Virus record (IMG/VR): IMGVR_UViG_3300046004_001044
Location: 1-55,507 of that record
DNA from: a virus
Taxonomy: Duplodnaviria > Caudoviricetes
Length of the DNA stretch: 55,507 nucleotides
Strand: one strand, 5' to 3'
The translations under genes and the position numbers were made by a program. Position 1 is the stretch's first letter. Each line of letters starts with the position of its first letter. The notes below the pieces were generated by a model, which saw only the letters and a list, made by a program, of their open reading frames with translations, was not told the DNA's origin and made no database searches. This document shows, piece by piece, positions 8,637-19,017 of this stretch.

Positions 8637-8851
8637 GAAAAGTTATAAGTGATACATTAAAGCCGAAAGGCAGATATGAGCTGAAAAGAATGGCAGCAAT
8701 ATCTGCATTTTTTGCTGCATTAATGTATGCATTCATTCCTATATTCAAGCCAGAATTTATAGTTCTTGAATTTGTTTTCTGGGGATTTGTAACATATTCA
8801 GCATCTGCAATTGGCCTTAGTGTTTGGAATAAAAAAATCGACAAAGAATGA
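8627..8851 (+). CDS. Putative holin
   Basis: 74 aa, two TM segments, charged C-terminus, next to endolysin. Confidence 0.55.
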   Translation: MGLRKVISDTLKPKGRYELKRMAAISAFFAALMYAFIPIFKPEFIVLEFVFWGFVTYSASAIGLSVWNKKIDKE

Positions 8852-9333
8852 AATTTATAATCTACATGTTATTCGTAATATTAGCCGCCAGCTGTGATAC
8901 AGCAAAGCAAGCAATCAAGCATCACAACAAAGCTGAAGCTCTTGGATATGTTTATAAGTGCGATCCAGTAACGGTAACATTAAGAGATACTATCAAAGGC
9001 AAAGATGGCAAGGATTCTATTGTAGAGGTTTTAGTGGAAGTGCCATGTCCAAAAGTCGAGCCACCTAAAACAAAGTGGGAGATTCGTCACATGGCAAAAG
9101 CTGAACGAGATAGTTTTGAACACGCTGAGAAGATGCTTAAACTAAAGAATAAGTTATTAGAGGATAGTCTTGCTGGATTATTGAAAATCAAGAAAGTCGA
9201 AAAGAAAATAGTCAACTCTGACAACAACGCTAAAAAGAAAATTGAGAAGCCATTTCCTTGGGGCGTATTCTTGGTTATTGTCGGCCTATTAATCATACTT
9301 ATTTTATACTTAATCTACAAATTCAAAAAATAA
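8848..9333 (+). CDS. Putative unimolecular spanin-like lipoprotein
   Basis: Lipoprotein signal (ILAASC) plus C-terminal TM helix followed by KFKK; in lysis cluster. Confidence 0.55.
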   Translation: MKFIIYMLFVILAASCDTAKQAIKHHNKAEALGYVYKCDPVTVTLRDTIKGKDGKDSIVEVLVEVPCPKVEPPKTKWEIRHMAKAERDSFEHAEKMLKLKNKLLEDSLAGLLKIKKVEKKIVNSDNNAKKKIEKPFPWGVFLVIVGLLIILILYLIYKFKK

Positions 9334-9851
9334 TGAGCTACGACTTTTTAAAGAATGAGACTGCGCCACAGATATTAGTACAGGCAGTGAAGATGATTGG
9401 CGTAAAAGAAATTGCTGGATATAAACATAATCCAGAGATATTAAGATGGGCCAAAGTAACTGGACTTGATAACGTATATAAGGCTGACGAAGTTCCTTGG
9501 TGCGGATTAGCTATTGCATACGCAGCTCACATGGCAAAAGTTGATTACCCAAAACAACCATTATGGGCATTAAACTGGGCTAAATACGGAACAGAAGTAA
9601 GCGAGCCAATGCTTGGAGATATCCTTACATTTAAACGCGATGGTGGAGGTCATGTAGGTATTTATGTAGGAGAAGATAAAGATTGTTATCACGTCCTTGG
9701 AGGAAATCAAGGAAACATGATGTGTGTCACTAGAATACTTAAATCAAGACTTTATAAGGCAAGACGAACAGCATGGAAAGTATCTCAGCCAGCAAGTGTT
9801 CGGAAGATAGAATTAAGCGCAAAAGGAGAAATAAGCAAAAACGAAGCATAA
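9333..9851 (+). CDS. Endolysin, TIGR02594 / NlpC-P60-CHAP-like
   Basis: DEVPWCG, GGGHVGIYVG, VLGGNQ motifs; start placed at ATG 9333 (TAATG coupling). Confidence 0.85.
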   Translation: MSYDFLKNETAPQILVQAVKMIGVKEIAGYKHNPEILRWAKVTGLDNVYKADEVPWCGLAIAYAAHMAKVDYPKQPLWALNWAKYGTEVSEPMLGDILTFKRDGGGHVGIYVGEDKDCYHVLGGNQGNMMCVTRILKSRLYKARRTAWKVSQPASVRKIELSAKGEISKNEA

Positions 9852-9852
9852 A

Positions 9853-10425
9853 ATGATTGAAGACGGAGTAAAATTTTTAGGTGTTGACGCGTCAGTACCT
9901 ACACCAGAGAACAGATCATCCCAATCGAATGGGTTGTCATCAATGGTAACGATTGAAGAGATTGCAGAGAAAGTTGGAGCTATCAACGGTGGCGGTTCTG
10001 AATACACCGAAACAATAGTAAACATTTCATCTGCTGAGATATTTAATAGCACAACAACAGCTATTGAATTACTACCAGCATTAACTGACAATAATAAGTA
10101 TTATGATATTCAAAAAATTATTTTTGAGTATCAGGGTGGAGATACTGAATTTTCATATGACGGTAGTTATTGGAATATTCAGATTAGAGATAATGACATA
10201 TTGTTTTTACTGAAACCTGAAATTTTAACTACAACAGATAAGAAGTATGCCATTTATACTCCTTCATTAAATAGAAATGCTGACTCTGGAAGCATTTTTG
10301 TCCTTAGCGATTTTTCAATCGGTTCATCATTATATATTATAAGTACTACTGATGATGTTATAACACAAGGAAACGGCACATTAAGAGTTAAAATCTACCA
10401 CAAAACAATCACATTCGGGGCCTAA
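9853..10425 (+). CDS. Putative structural protein
   Basis: KFLGVDASVPT.ENRS N-terminus, Gly linker, beta-rich C-domain ending GNGTLRVKIY. Confidence 0.55.
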   Translation: MIEDGVKFLGVDASVPTPENRSSQSNGLSSMVTIEEIAEKVGAINGGGSEYTETIVNISSAEIFNSTTTAIELLPALTDNNKYYDIQKIIFEYQGGDTEFSYDGSYWNIQIRDNDILFLLKPEILTTTDKKYAIYTPSLNRNADSGSIFVLSDFSIGSSLYIISTTDDVITQGNGTLRVKIYHKTITFGA

Positions 10426-10455
10426 CAACCACACATTAATGAGTAATTAATGTCA

Positions 10456-10489
10456 GACCCTCAGCGCAATCTGAGGGTTTCTTTTTTTT
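10456..10489 (+). terminator. Intrinsic terminator
   Basis: ACCCTCAG-cgcaat-CTGAGGGT followed by T-run. Confidence 0.85.
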
Positions 10490-10492
10490 AAC

Positions 10493-10500
10493 TATATTTG
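10493..10500 (+). promoter_or_regulatory. -7 promoter element (TATATTTG) for packaging operon
   Basis: Consensus match immediately after terminator, about 21 nt before ATG 10522. Confidence 0.65.
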
Positions 10501-10521
10501 CAGTAACTAAATTAAATCAAA

Positions 10522-10749
10522 ATGAAGAAATTATCAGAAAAGGAATTGAGTGAACTTACTCACTTAACTAAGATGCATTCAGAACTTAGAAACAGAGTAT
10601 CTGAATTAGCACTAGCTAACTTTCGAGCAGTATCACATCTAGAAAGTATTGACCACCAATTAAATGAGAAGCGATCAGCACTAGCCAAGAAATATGGAGA
10701 AGGAGCTTCCATTAATATGGAAACAGGCGAAGTCAATGTTAATTCGTAA
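10522..10749 (+). CDS. Small coiled-coil protein
   Basis: Heptad pattern, C-terminal KYG..SINMETGE. Confidence 0.7.
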   Translation: MKKLSEKELSELTHLTKMHSELRNRVSELALANFRAVSHLESIDHQLNEKRSALAKKYGEGASINMETGEVNVNS

Positions 10750-10951
10750 GATATCAATAGGCACTGATCCTCTTCACTCGATGAACTTTCAAGTGGGAGG
10801 ATCAGTTCTTTCTAATTCCCATGAGGTATCTGAGATTAGAAAGACAGATAACGGATTTGATGTTTGGGTGAAAAACAAGGACCAAGAGATCATTAAGTGG
10901 AAGTCAATAATCAATATGCCAGTAATGGTTGAACATTATCTAGAATTCTAA
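10736..10951 (+). CDS. Hypothetical protein
   Basis: MLIRKISIG...WKSIINMPVMVEH; likely start ATG 10736. Confidence 0.65.
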   Translation: MLIRKISIGTDPLHSMNFQVGGSVLSNSHEVSEIRKTDNGFDVWVKNKDQEIIKWKSIINMPVMVEHYLEF

Positions 10952-11529
10952 TGAGATCCCCAAACTGTTTTATAGCCAAACCAAAGGATGGAGATAGATA
11001 CAGTAATAAAAAAGATGTTGAAGGAGTAGAATTAATCACCTCAGCATCCAAAGAAGACCATCTATCTACACAACGAATAGCTGTGGTATTAAATACTCCA
11101 GTTAATTATTCTGGGCCAGTGTCAATTGGCGACGAAATAATCGTGCATCATAATACATTCAGACTTTATAACGACATGAAAGGAAAGGAGCGTAGTTCTT
11201 GGTCTTTTATGTTTGGAGATAATTATCTAATCGATCCACTGGAAGCATACGCATACAGATCAGCTGGAGGAGATTGGAATGCAATCGCGCCATTCTGTTT
11301 CGTTGAGCCAATTCAAAACGATAATTCAGCATCTACAGTGCATACGGCATCTGAGGAGGCATACCTTTTTGGTATCATGGTTTATCCAAATTCAGATCAA
11401 TCGGACATAAAGTCAGGAACTAAGATTGGATTTATGCCAGACTCTGAATATGAATTCAATATTGAAGGAAGGAAGTTATATCGAATGAAAACAAATATGA
11501 TATGTCTGAAAAGCGAACAGAAATACTAG
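10951..11529 (+). CDS. Tandem GroES-like protein
   Basis: Two GroES-like halves (FIAKP...GVELI...AVVL..P...IGDEIIV and FVEPI...GIMVY...SGTKIGF...IEGRKLYRM). Confidence 0.5.
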   Translation: MRSPNCFIAKPKDGDRYSNKKDVEGVELITSASKEDHLSTQRIAVVLNTPVNYSGPVSIGDEIIVHHNTFRLYNDMKGKERSSWSFMFGDNYLIDPLEAYAYRSAGGDWNAIAPFCFVEPIQNDNSASTVHTASEEAYLFGIMVYPNSDQSDIKSGTKIGFMPDSEYEFNIEGRKLYRMKTNMICLKSEQKY

Positions 11530-11786
11530 AGGCAGGACTTATTGCTGTAGATGAATTAATCAAGGTACTTAGAGATCCAATTCTTACTGGAGGCTCAGAA
11601 GACTTATCTGCTGACAAAATGAAGACTGCTGCAGCTGCAAAAAGACTAGCATTTGAAGATGCAATCGCAATACTTACTAAGATCGAGGACGAACAGCCAT
11701 CAGCTGATCAGGCAGATATTGCAGCAAAAGCTGCATTAATACCAACATCATTCGCTGAAAACTCAGCCAAAGACCCAAAGAAATAA
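11502..11786 (+). CDS. Putative terminase small subunit
   Basis: Helical 94-aa ORF directly upstream of TerL; positional inference. Confidence 0.4.
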   Translation: MSEKRTEILEAGLIAVDELIKVLRDPILTGGSEDLSADKMKTAAAAKRLAFEDAIAILTKIEDEQPSADQADIAAKAALIPTSFAENSAKDPKK

Positions 11787-13991
11787 ATGTCACTATACTC
11801 CATACTTGATAATGTTTTACCCGCTGGGACCGCCAAAAATAAAGGGTGGGATTATGGATACAACAAAAAACATGATATCATTGTCATATCTAAGGATGGA
11901 ACCATAGGGGATATTTACGAAATAAACGGACTTAAAATTGCACTTCCATCAAAACCGAAAGACATTCCAAAAGGCATAAATAAATGGGAGCCAGTTGAAT
12001 ATCCGAAAGAACTAGCAAGACTCAAGACTATATTTGATTGGAACGCACAGCCAAACGAATTCAAGGTAAAGTGGGTAGACTTCATTCAAGATGCATTCGA
12101 AAAAAGAGACGTTGGAACGTGGTTTATAAACAGAGGCAAGCCAACATACATAACTGGAAGCCATTATATGTATTTGCAGTGGTCCAAGATCGATGTTGGA
12201 CTACCAGACTTTCGTGAATCAAATAGGATCTTCTGGATCTTCTGGGAAGCATGCAAGGCAGACGACAGATGTTTTGGTATGTGCTATCTTAAGAATAGAC
12301 GTTCTGGATTCTCATTCATGTCTTCATCCGAAATTGTCAATCAAGGTACATTATCAAAAGATGCAAAACTTGGCATCCTATCTAAGACTGGAGCCGATGC
12401 GAAAGAAATGTTTACTGGAAAGGTAGTTCCAATTCAGAGACACTATCCGTTCTTCTTTAAGCCCATACAAGATGGTATGGATAATCCAAAGACTGAGCTT
12501 TCATTCCGAATTCCAGCCAAAAAGATTACCAAAAAGAACATGTCTGAGAATGACGTTGATGAGATAGCAGGACTAGACACAACTATCGATTGGCAGAATA
12601 CAGCAGACAACTCATATGATGGTCAAAAGCTACTCACATTAGTTCACGATGAATCTGGTAAATGGTTGGCACCCAACAACATAAAGAATAACTGGCGTGT
12701 AACAAAGACATGTTTACGACTTGGATCTAGAATCATCGGTAAGTGCTTAATGGGATCAACTGTTAATGCACTAGCTAAGGGAGGGCAGAATTTCAAGGAT
12801 ATGTACTATGACTCAAATCCATCTAAAAGAGATAAAAACGGTCAAACAAAAAGCGGACTATACGCTCTATTCATACCAATGGATTATAACTATGAAGGAT
12901 TCATAGATGAATACGGACATGCAGTCATTGAAGATCCATCGAAGCCAATCATGGGTATCGACGGTAGAATGATCGAGATTGGAGTTGTTACGTACTGGAA
13001 TAATGAGATCGAAGCATTAAAGTCGGACCCAGATGCATTAAATGAGCAATACAGACAATACCCAAGAACTGAGTCTCACGCGTTCAGAGATGAGTCAAAG
13101 GCATCAATCTATAACTTAACAAAGATATATCAGCAGATCGACAGTAATGAAGGTCTAATGCGAGACAGAGTGCTTACACGAGGTTATTTTTCATGGAGAG
13201 GAGGAGTACAAGATTCTGAGGTTATATGGACTCCAGATCCAAGAGGTAGATTCCTAGTATCTTGGATTCCGCCAAAAGATATGCAGAATAGGTTTATCAT
13301 GAAGGAAGGCAAAAAGCATCCAGCAAATGAAGACTTAGGCGCATTTGGATGTGACCCTTATGATATTTCTGGTGTAGTAGGAGGAGGAGGATCGAACGGT
13401 GCACTTCATGGACTTACCGCATACAACATGGACCCATCGGTCCCATCTAACTTTTTCTTCCTTGAGTACATTGCACGTCCAGCAACTGCAGAGATATTCT
13501 TCGAGGACGTACTTATGGCTTGTCATTTCTACGGCATGCCAATACTTGCAGAAAACAACAAGGCAAGACTTTTGTATCACTTCAAAAACAGAGGATACAG
13601 AAAGTATTCAATCAATCGTCCAGACAAGCCGTTAGAAAAGCTATCTCCAACAGAGAAAGAACTCGGTGGTGTACCTAACTCGTCGGAAGACATGATTCAG
13701 ACTCATGCCGCTGGCATTGGATCGTACATTGAACAGTATGTTGGATATGACACAGAAGGTGAATATAGAAGTCCAGAATTTTGTGGAGAGATGTATTTCA
13801 ACAAGACTCTAGAAGACTGGGCTAAATTCACTCCATCTAATAGAACCAAGCATGATGCATCCATTTCATCTGGACTTGCAATCATGGCGGTTAGACGACA
13901 CAGCTTTAGACCTCAAACCAAAAAGTCGAAAATTTCCATTAACTTTGTAAAATACAACAATAATGGTCACAATAGCGAGATAATTAAATGA
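11787..13991 (+). CDS. Terminase large subunit
   Basis: Walker A-like KNRRSGFS, Walker B LVHDESGK, GST coupling motif, nuclease GCDPY...ENN...HD. Confidence 0.9.
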   Translation: MSLYSILDNVLPAGTAKNKGWDYGYNKKHDIIVISKDGTIGDIYEINGLKIALPSKPKDIPKGINKWEPVEYPKELARLKTIFDWNAQPNEFKVKWVDFIQDAFEKRDVGTWFINRGKPTYITGSHYMYLQWSKIDVGLPDFRESNRIFWIFWEACKADDRCFGMCYLKNRRSGFSFMSSSEIVNQGTLSKDAKLGILSKTGADAKEMFTGKVVPIQRHYPFFFKPIQDGMDNPKTELSFRIPAKKITKKNMSENDVDEIAGLDTTIDWQNTADNSYDGQKLLTLVHDESGKWLAPNNIKNNWRVTKTCLRLGSRIIGKCLMGSTVNALAKGGQNFKDMYYDSNPSKRDKNGQTKSGLYALFIPMDYNYEGFIDEYGHAVIEDPSKPIMGIDGRMIEIGVVTYWNNEIEALKSDPDALNEQYRQYPRTESHAFRDESKASIYNLTKIYQQIDSNEGLMRDRVLTRGYFSWRGGVQDSEVIWTPDPRGRFLVSWIPPKDMQNRFIMKEGKKHPANEDLGAFGCDPYDISGVVGGGGSNGALHGLTAYNMDPSVPSNFFFLEYIARPATAEIFFEDVLMACHFYGMPILAENNKARLLYHFKNRGYRKYSINRPDKPLEKLSPTEKELGGVPNSSEDMIQTHAAGIGSYIEQYVGYDTEGEYRSPEFCGEMYFNKTLEDWAKFTPSNRTKHDASISSGLAIMAVRRHSFRPQTKKSKISINFVKYNNNGHNSEIIK

Positions 13992-16408
13992 AGCCAGAAA
14001 TCATACTAACTCCTCAGTCATTCCCAAGTAGCGACATATCAGAGAGTCAAAAAGATACACCTGAGTTCGGATTACGAATCGGACAAGCTATTCAGCATGA
14101 ATGGTTTAATAAGGACGGAGGTAGCTGTAGATACTACAGTCAGAGAGCTGAGTTTCACAGATTAAGACTTTACGCTAGAGGAAATCAACCAATAGGCAAA
14201 TATAAGAAAGAGATGTCCGTTGATGGAGACTTGTCTTATATGAACCTAAACTGGGATGTCGTACCGATCATCCCTAAGTTTGTTGATATTGTTGTAAACG
14301 GCATGTCTGAAAGAGGTTACAAAATCAAGGCAACAGCTCAAGATTCAACCTCAGCAGAAAAGAAAAACCTCTTCCAAGATATGGTTGAGGCAGATATGGT
14401 TGCTAAGGAATTCTTACTTCAAACTCAACAGCAATTCGGCATAAATGCATTTAATGTAGATCCAAAAGAATTGCCTCAAAGCGATGATGAGATGTCGCTA
14501 TATATGGAGCTTAAATATAAGCCGTCCATTGAAATTGCAGAAGAAATCGCTCTTGACACCGTACTTGAATTAAATGACTTCAAACTTATACAGTCTCAGA
14601 TCGACAAAGATCAAGTAGAGATTGGAGTATCTTTCGTAAGTCATGACTTCCAGAAAGGAAATGGAGTTGTTGTGACGTATGAAGATCCAGCTAAAATGGT
14701 ATGGAGTTATACAGAGAAGCCAGACTTTTCTGATTGCTTCTATTTTGGTAAGGTTGATACAGTCCATTATACAGAACTATTAAAAATCAATCCAGACTTG
14801 ACTTCAGAGCGATTAGCGGAGTTAAGAGTATATGGGACATCATGGCTTAGTGCATATCCAGAAATAAGTAAGTATCAAGATGATATCTTCTCGAAAGATA
14901 CCGTTACATTACTTCATTTCAATTATCTTATGGACAAGCGATTTGTCTACAAGAATAAGAAAACTAAGATTGGAGGAAATAAAATAATCAAGAAGGACTC
15001 AAGTTTCTCACCAGAGGAAAACGAAAACTTTGAAGTTATTGATATATTGAAGCCAGTTTGGTATACTGGGATCATGGTTGCAGGTACAAATGAAATCCTT
15101 AAGTGGGAGATGTCTACCAATATGGTGCGACCTAAATCCCCATCTAATCGACCTCTTCCAAACTTTATCGGATTTGCACCAAGAATGTACAAAGGAAATA
15201 TCGACTCTTTAGTTAAGAGAATGATTCCTTTTGCCGATAGTATCCAATTGGATCACTTGAAGCTACAACAAATTAAAGCTAGAATTGTTCCTGACGGTGT
15301 ATTTATTGATGCTGACGGTATTAATGAAGTCGATTTAGGAAGCGGAGCTGCATACAATCCAGAGGACGCATTAAAGTTATATTTTCAGACTGGATCGGTA
15401 GTTGGTAGATCTTACACTGAAGAAGGTGGATTTAATAACGGACGCGTACCAATTCAAGAATTAAATAGTAGCGGAGGACAAAGTAAGATACAAGGTCTTA
15501 TCGCCTCATACGACTTTAACTTGAACATGATTCGCGATGTGACTGGTCTTAATGAAGCGCGTGATGGGTCAATGCCAAATGAGGATTCATTGGTTGGACT
15601 TCAGAAGCTTGCCGCATTAAACAGTAATACCGCTACCAAGCATGTACTTGACGGTAGACTAATGACAGTTCGAAGATTGGCATTATGTCTTTCATTAAGG
15701 ATTGCTGACATACTTGAATACGCGAGCTTTAAAGAACAGTTTGCTATGCAAATAGGCAAATACAACATCGCAATCCTTGAAGACATTAAGAATTTATATC
15801 TACATGATTTTGGTATATCTATCGACCTTGAGCCAGATCAAGAACAAAAAGATGCCCTAGAGCGAGATATTCAGATTTCACTTCAAAGAGAGCAGATATT
15901 CCTTGAGGATGCAATTGAAATTAGAGGAATCAAGAACATTAAGCTTGCAAACGAGGTATTAAAACTTAAGCGACGACTTAGACAGGAAGACTTAAGAGCA
16001 CGTGAGGACCAACAAGCAGCTCAACAAGCAGAAATTAATGCACAATCTCAACAAGCAGCTACATCAGCCAAAAAGGAGCAAATCCAAATGGAAGCTGAAG
16101 CAAAAATGCAAGTAAAACAAAATGAAGTTGCATTGGATATTCAGCGAATGGGTGCTGAGGTTGAGTACAAGCGTCAATTAATGAAGGAAGAGTTCGATTA
16201 TAATATGCAACTGAAAGGATTAGAGGTTGAAGGCATAAACAAAAAGGAAAAAGAGAAGGAAGATAGAAAGGATAAGCGAGTGGACTTAGAAGCTACACGT
16301 CAGTCTGATTTAATTGAACAGAGACAAAACAATCTTCCAGCAAAGAGCTTTGAAAGCACAAATGACAATTTTGATGCATTCGACTTCTCAGCATTTGGAC
16401 CTAAGTAA
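13988..16408 (+). CDS. Portal protein
   Basis: 806 aa after TerL; PIIPKFVDIVVNG, IRDVTGLNEARDGS; C-terminal coiled coil. Possible promoter TAACTTTG at 13940-13947. Confidence 0.85.
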   Translation: MKPEIILTPQSFPSSDISESQKDTPEFGLRIGQAIQHEWFNKDGGSCRYYSQRAEFHRLRLYARGNQPIGKYKKEMSVDGDLSYMNLNWDVVPIIPKFVDIVVNGMSERGYKIKATAQDSTSAEKKNLFQDMVEADMVAKEFLLQTQQQFGINAFNVDPKELPQSDDEMSLYMELKYKPSIEIAEEIALDTVLELNDFKLIQSQIDKDQVEIGVSFVSHDFQKGNGVVVTYEDPAKMVWSYTEKPDFSDCFYFGKVDTVHYTELLKINPDLTSERLAELRVYGTSWLSAYPEISKYQDDIFSKDTVTLLHFNYLMDKRFVYKNKKTKIGGNKIIKKDSSFSPEENENFEVIDILKPVWYTGIMVAGTNEILKWEMSTNMVRPKSPSNRPLPNFIGFAPRMYKGNIDSLVKRMIPFADSIQLDHLKLQQIKARIVPDGVFIDADGINEVDLGSGAAYNPEDALKLYFQTGSVVGRSYTEEGGFNNGRVPIQELNSSGGQSKIQGLIASYDFNLNMIRDVTGLNEARDGSMPNEDSLVGLQKLAALNSNTATKHVLDGRLMTVRRLALCLSLRIADILEYASFKEQFAMQIGKYNIAILEDIKNLYLHDFGISIDLEPDQEQKDALERDIQISLQREQIFLEDAIEIRGIKNIKLANEVLKLKRRLRQEDLRAREDQQAAQQAEINAQSQQAATSAKKEQIQMEAEAKMQVKQNEVALDIQRMGAEVEYKRQLMKEEFDYNMQLKGLEVEGINKKEKEKEDRKDKRVDLEATRQSDLIEQRQNNLPAKSFESTNDNFDAFDFSAFGPK

Positions 16409-16442
16409 TTTTAACAAAAAACACTCGTATTAAACTTTTTGT

Positions 16443-16450
16443 TAAATTTG
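16443..16450 (+). promoter_or_regulatory. -7 promoter element (TAAATTTG) for scaffold/capsid genes
   Basis: Consensus match in intergenic gap, 22 nt before ATG 16473. Confidence 0.6.
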
Positions 16451-16472
16451 TAACAATTTAAATCAAATATAA

Positions 16473-17564
16473 ATGGAAATCAAAGGAGTAAAAGTGACTG
16501 ATGGAGAGTCTAGATCTGCTGTAGAAGTAGAGAAAGAATTGGTCCAAAAGCACGAAGACGAAATTAAAGCAGACATTCCACCAGTAGTAACAGTTGCAGA
16601 TCCAGTGATCGACCCAGTTGTGACTAAGGCAGAATTAACTGAAGATGAAGTTCTTTCTTTTATTAAAACAAAAACAAATAGAGAAGTTAAATCTCTTGAT
16701 GAATTTAATGAACTGTTGAATCAACCAAAGGTAGAAGTGCCAGAGGACGTGGCAGCATTCTTGAAATACAAGGATGAAACAGGACGCGGATGGGATGACT
16801 ACCAAAAGTTACAACGCGACTTCACAACAGTTGACCCAAAGAAATTAATCAGAGACTTTTATAAGGAATCAGACCCAACCTTATCTGACAAAGAAATTGA
16901 ATTCAAAATGAAGAAATTCAATTATGATGAGGAAATCGATGATGAGGACGAAGTAATCGAAAAACAACTCGAATTAAAACAAGAGCTTAATAAAGCAACA
17001 AAGCATTTTGAGTCTCTAAAGGAACAGTATAAAGCTCCACTTGTGTCAAATGGGGATTTTGTTTCTAAGGAAGACAAAGAAAGCTACGAGGCTTATAAGA
17101 AGTATAAAGAATCGAGCCAAGCAAGTGCTAGTGACGTTCAAAAGCGTTCTACTTATTTTGCTGAAAAAACGAACGAAGTATTGTCTGATAATTTTGAAGG
17201 TTTCAATTTTACATTAGGCGAAGAAAAAGTTACGTTTAAACCAGCAGATGGTAAGACATTAAGAGAAAAACAGTCCAACGTTGAGAATTTCTTAAATCAA
17301 TTCGTGGATGAAAATGGCTTAATCAAAGACGCTGAGAAGTATCACAAAACATTAGCAGCAGCTGCTGACATTGACAAGTTTTTTGAGTTTGCTTATAACC
17401 AAGGCAAAGCCGCTGGAGTAGCAGACATCTCAAAAGATTCCAAGAACATCGACATGGGAGGAGTTAAATCTCAACCAGAAGGAGTTCGAAAAGATGGAAT
17501 AACTGTCAGATCAGTAGATGCAGGTAACGAGGCTTCATACAAGATAAAAAGTAAAAAGCAATAA
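16473..17564 (+). CDS. Putative capsid scaffolding protein
   Basis: Acidic, coiled-coil, between portal and capsid genes. Confidence 0.65.
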   Translation: MEIKGVKVTDGESRSAVEVEKELVQKHEDEIKADIPPVVTVADPVIDPVVTKAELTEDEVLSFIKTKTNREVKSLDEFNELLNQPKVEVPEDVAAFLKYKDETGRGWDDYQKLQRDFTTVDPKKLIRDFYKESDPTLSDKEIEFKMKKFNYDEEIDDEDEVIEKQLELKQELNKATKHFESLKEQYKAPLVSNGDFVSKEDKESYEAYKKYKESSQASASDVQKRSTYFAEKTNEVLSDNFEGFNFTLGEEKVTFKPADGKTLREKQSNVENFLNQFVDENGLIKDAEKYHKTLAAAADIDKFFEFAYNQGKAAGVADISKDSKNIDMGGVKSQPEGVRKDGITVRSVDAGNEASYKIKSKKQ

Positions 17565-17585
17565 TAACCAAACACCTAAACAAAA

Positions 17586-18953
17586 ATGGCAGGTACAATC
17601 GGTGGGTCATTCAATTTGACTCCAAGTTCAACAAAGTCAGTATTGCAAAGCAACTACTTGACAAATTTTGACTTTTTAAGTCAATACTTACCAGACACTT
17701 ACGAGCAAGAATTTGCACGTTATGGAGATCGCTCTATTCCGTCTTTCTTACGTCAAATGTCTGCTGAAATCCCTTCTACATCTGATTTGATCAAATGGAC
17801 AGAAGAAGGTCGTTTACATACAAAATACACTTCAGTTACATCTGCTGCTGCTATCAATTCTGATACTGCTGTATTTACTGTTGCTGATGCTGGAATCACT
17901 GCATGTAACTTCCGCGTAGGTCAAACTGTATTCTTGTCTTCTGCTACTGTAGCAAATAAGGCTATTATCACAGCTGTATCTGGACTTACATTTACAGTTG
18001 CTTTCTATGAGGCTGCTGGTCAAGCGTTTGCTTTAGGAGCTACGGTAACTGCATTCGTTTACGGTTCTGAGTTCAAGAAAGGTACAAATGGTATGGACGG
18101 GTCTTTAGAGGCTGAAGTTGATATCTTCGAGGTATCTCCAGTTATCATGAAAGACAAGTATGAAATCGCTGCTTCAGACATGGCTCAAATTTCTTGGGTT
18201 GAAGTTGAAACAGACGAAGGCATGTCTTACTTGTGGTACTTGAAGTCTAAGTCAGAAACTCGTATGCGTTTCGATGACTACTTGGAAACAGGTATGATTG
18301 AAGGTACAGAGGCTGCTACTGGATCTGGAGCGTTAGCTGCTGGATTTAAAGGTACTCAAGGTTTATTCGATTCAATCGAAGACCGTGGTAACACTTGGTC
18401 TGGTGGGGTTCCATCAACATTGGCTGATTTCGATACAATTCTTACTCGTCTTGACAAGCAAGGATCTATCCAAGAAAACACATTGTTCTTAGATCGTACA
18501 TTCTCTTTGAATATCGATGACATGTTAGCTGCTCAAAACGCTTATGGCGCTGGTGGTACGTCTTACGGATTGTTCGACAATGACAAAGACATGGCTCTTA
18601 ACTTAGGATTCACAGGATTCCGTCGAGGATCTTATGATTTCTATAAGACTGACTGGAAATACTTAAATGATGCAACTCGTCGAGGTGGTATCGTTGGTGG
18701 AGCAGTTCATGGAGTAATGGTTCCAGCTGGAACAATGAACGTATACGATCAAGTATTAGGACAACGTGCTGCACGTCCGTTCTTACACGTTCGTTACCGT
18801 CAGTCTGAGACTGAATCAAGAAAGTACAAAACATGGATTACAGGATCTGCTGGTGGCGCAAGCAACAGCGACTTGGATGCAATGCAAGTACAATTCTTGT
18901 CTGAGAGATGTTTAGTTTCTTTAGGAGCTAATAACTTCTTCTTATTCAAATAA
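17586..18953 (+). CDS. Major capsid protein
   Basis: 455 aa after scaffold, strongly biased high-expression codons (GCT, CGT, TTC), followed by terminator; WTEEGRLH and GTQGLF motifs. Confidence 0.85.
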   Translation: MAGTIGGSFNLTPSSTKSVLQSNYLTNFDFLSQYLPDTYEQEFARYGDRSIPSFLRQMSAEIPSTSDLIKWTEEGRLHTKYTSVTSAAAINSDTAVFTVADAGITACNFRVGQTVFLSSATVANKAIITAVSGLTFTVAFYEAAGQAFALGATVTAFVYGSEFKKGTNGMDGSLEAEVDIFEVSPVIMKDKYEIAASDMAQISWVEVETDEGMSYLWYLKSKSETRMRFDDYLETGMIEGTEAATGSGALAAGFKGTQGLFDSIEDRGNTWSGGVPSTLADFDTILTRLDKQGSIQENTLFLDRTFSLNIDDMLAAQNAYGAGGTSYGLFDNDKDMALNLGFTGFRRGSYDFYKTDWKYLNDATRRGGIVGGAVHGVMVPAGTMNVYDQVLGQRAARPFLHVRYRQSETESRKYKTWITGSAGGASNSDLDAMQVQFLSERCLVSLGANNFFLFK

Positions 18954-18961
18954 GCATGACT

Positions 18962-18991
18962 AGAGAGGGGTAGCAATATCCCTCTCTTTTT
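18962..18991 (+). terminator. Intrinsic terminator after MCP
   Basis: AGAGAGGG...CCCTCTCT plus T-run. Confidence 0.85.
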
Positions 18992-19017
18992 ATTATTTTA
19001 ATTTTAATCAAATAACA

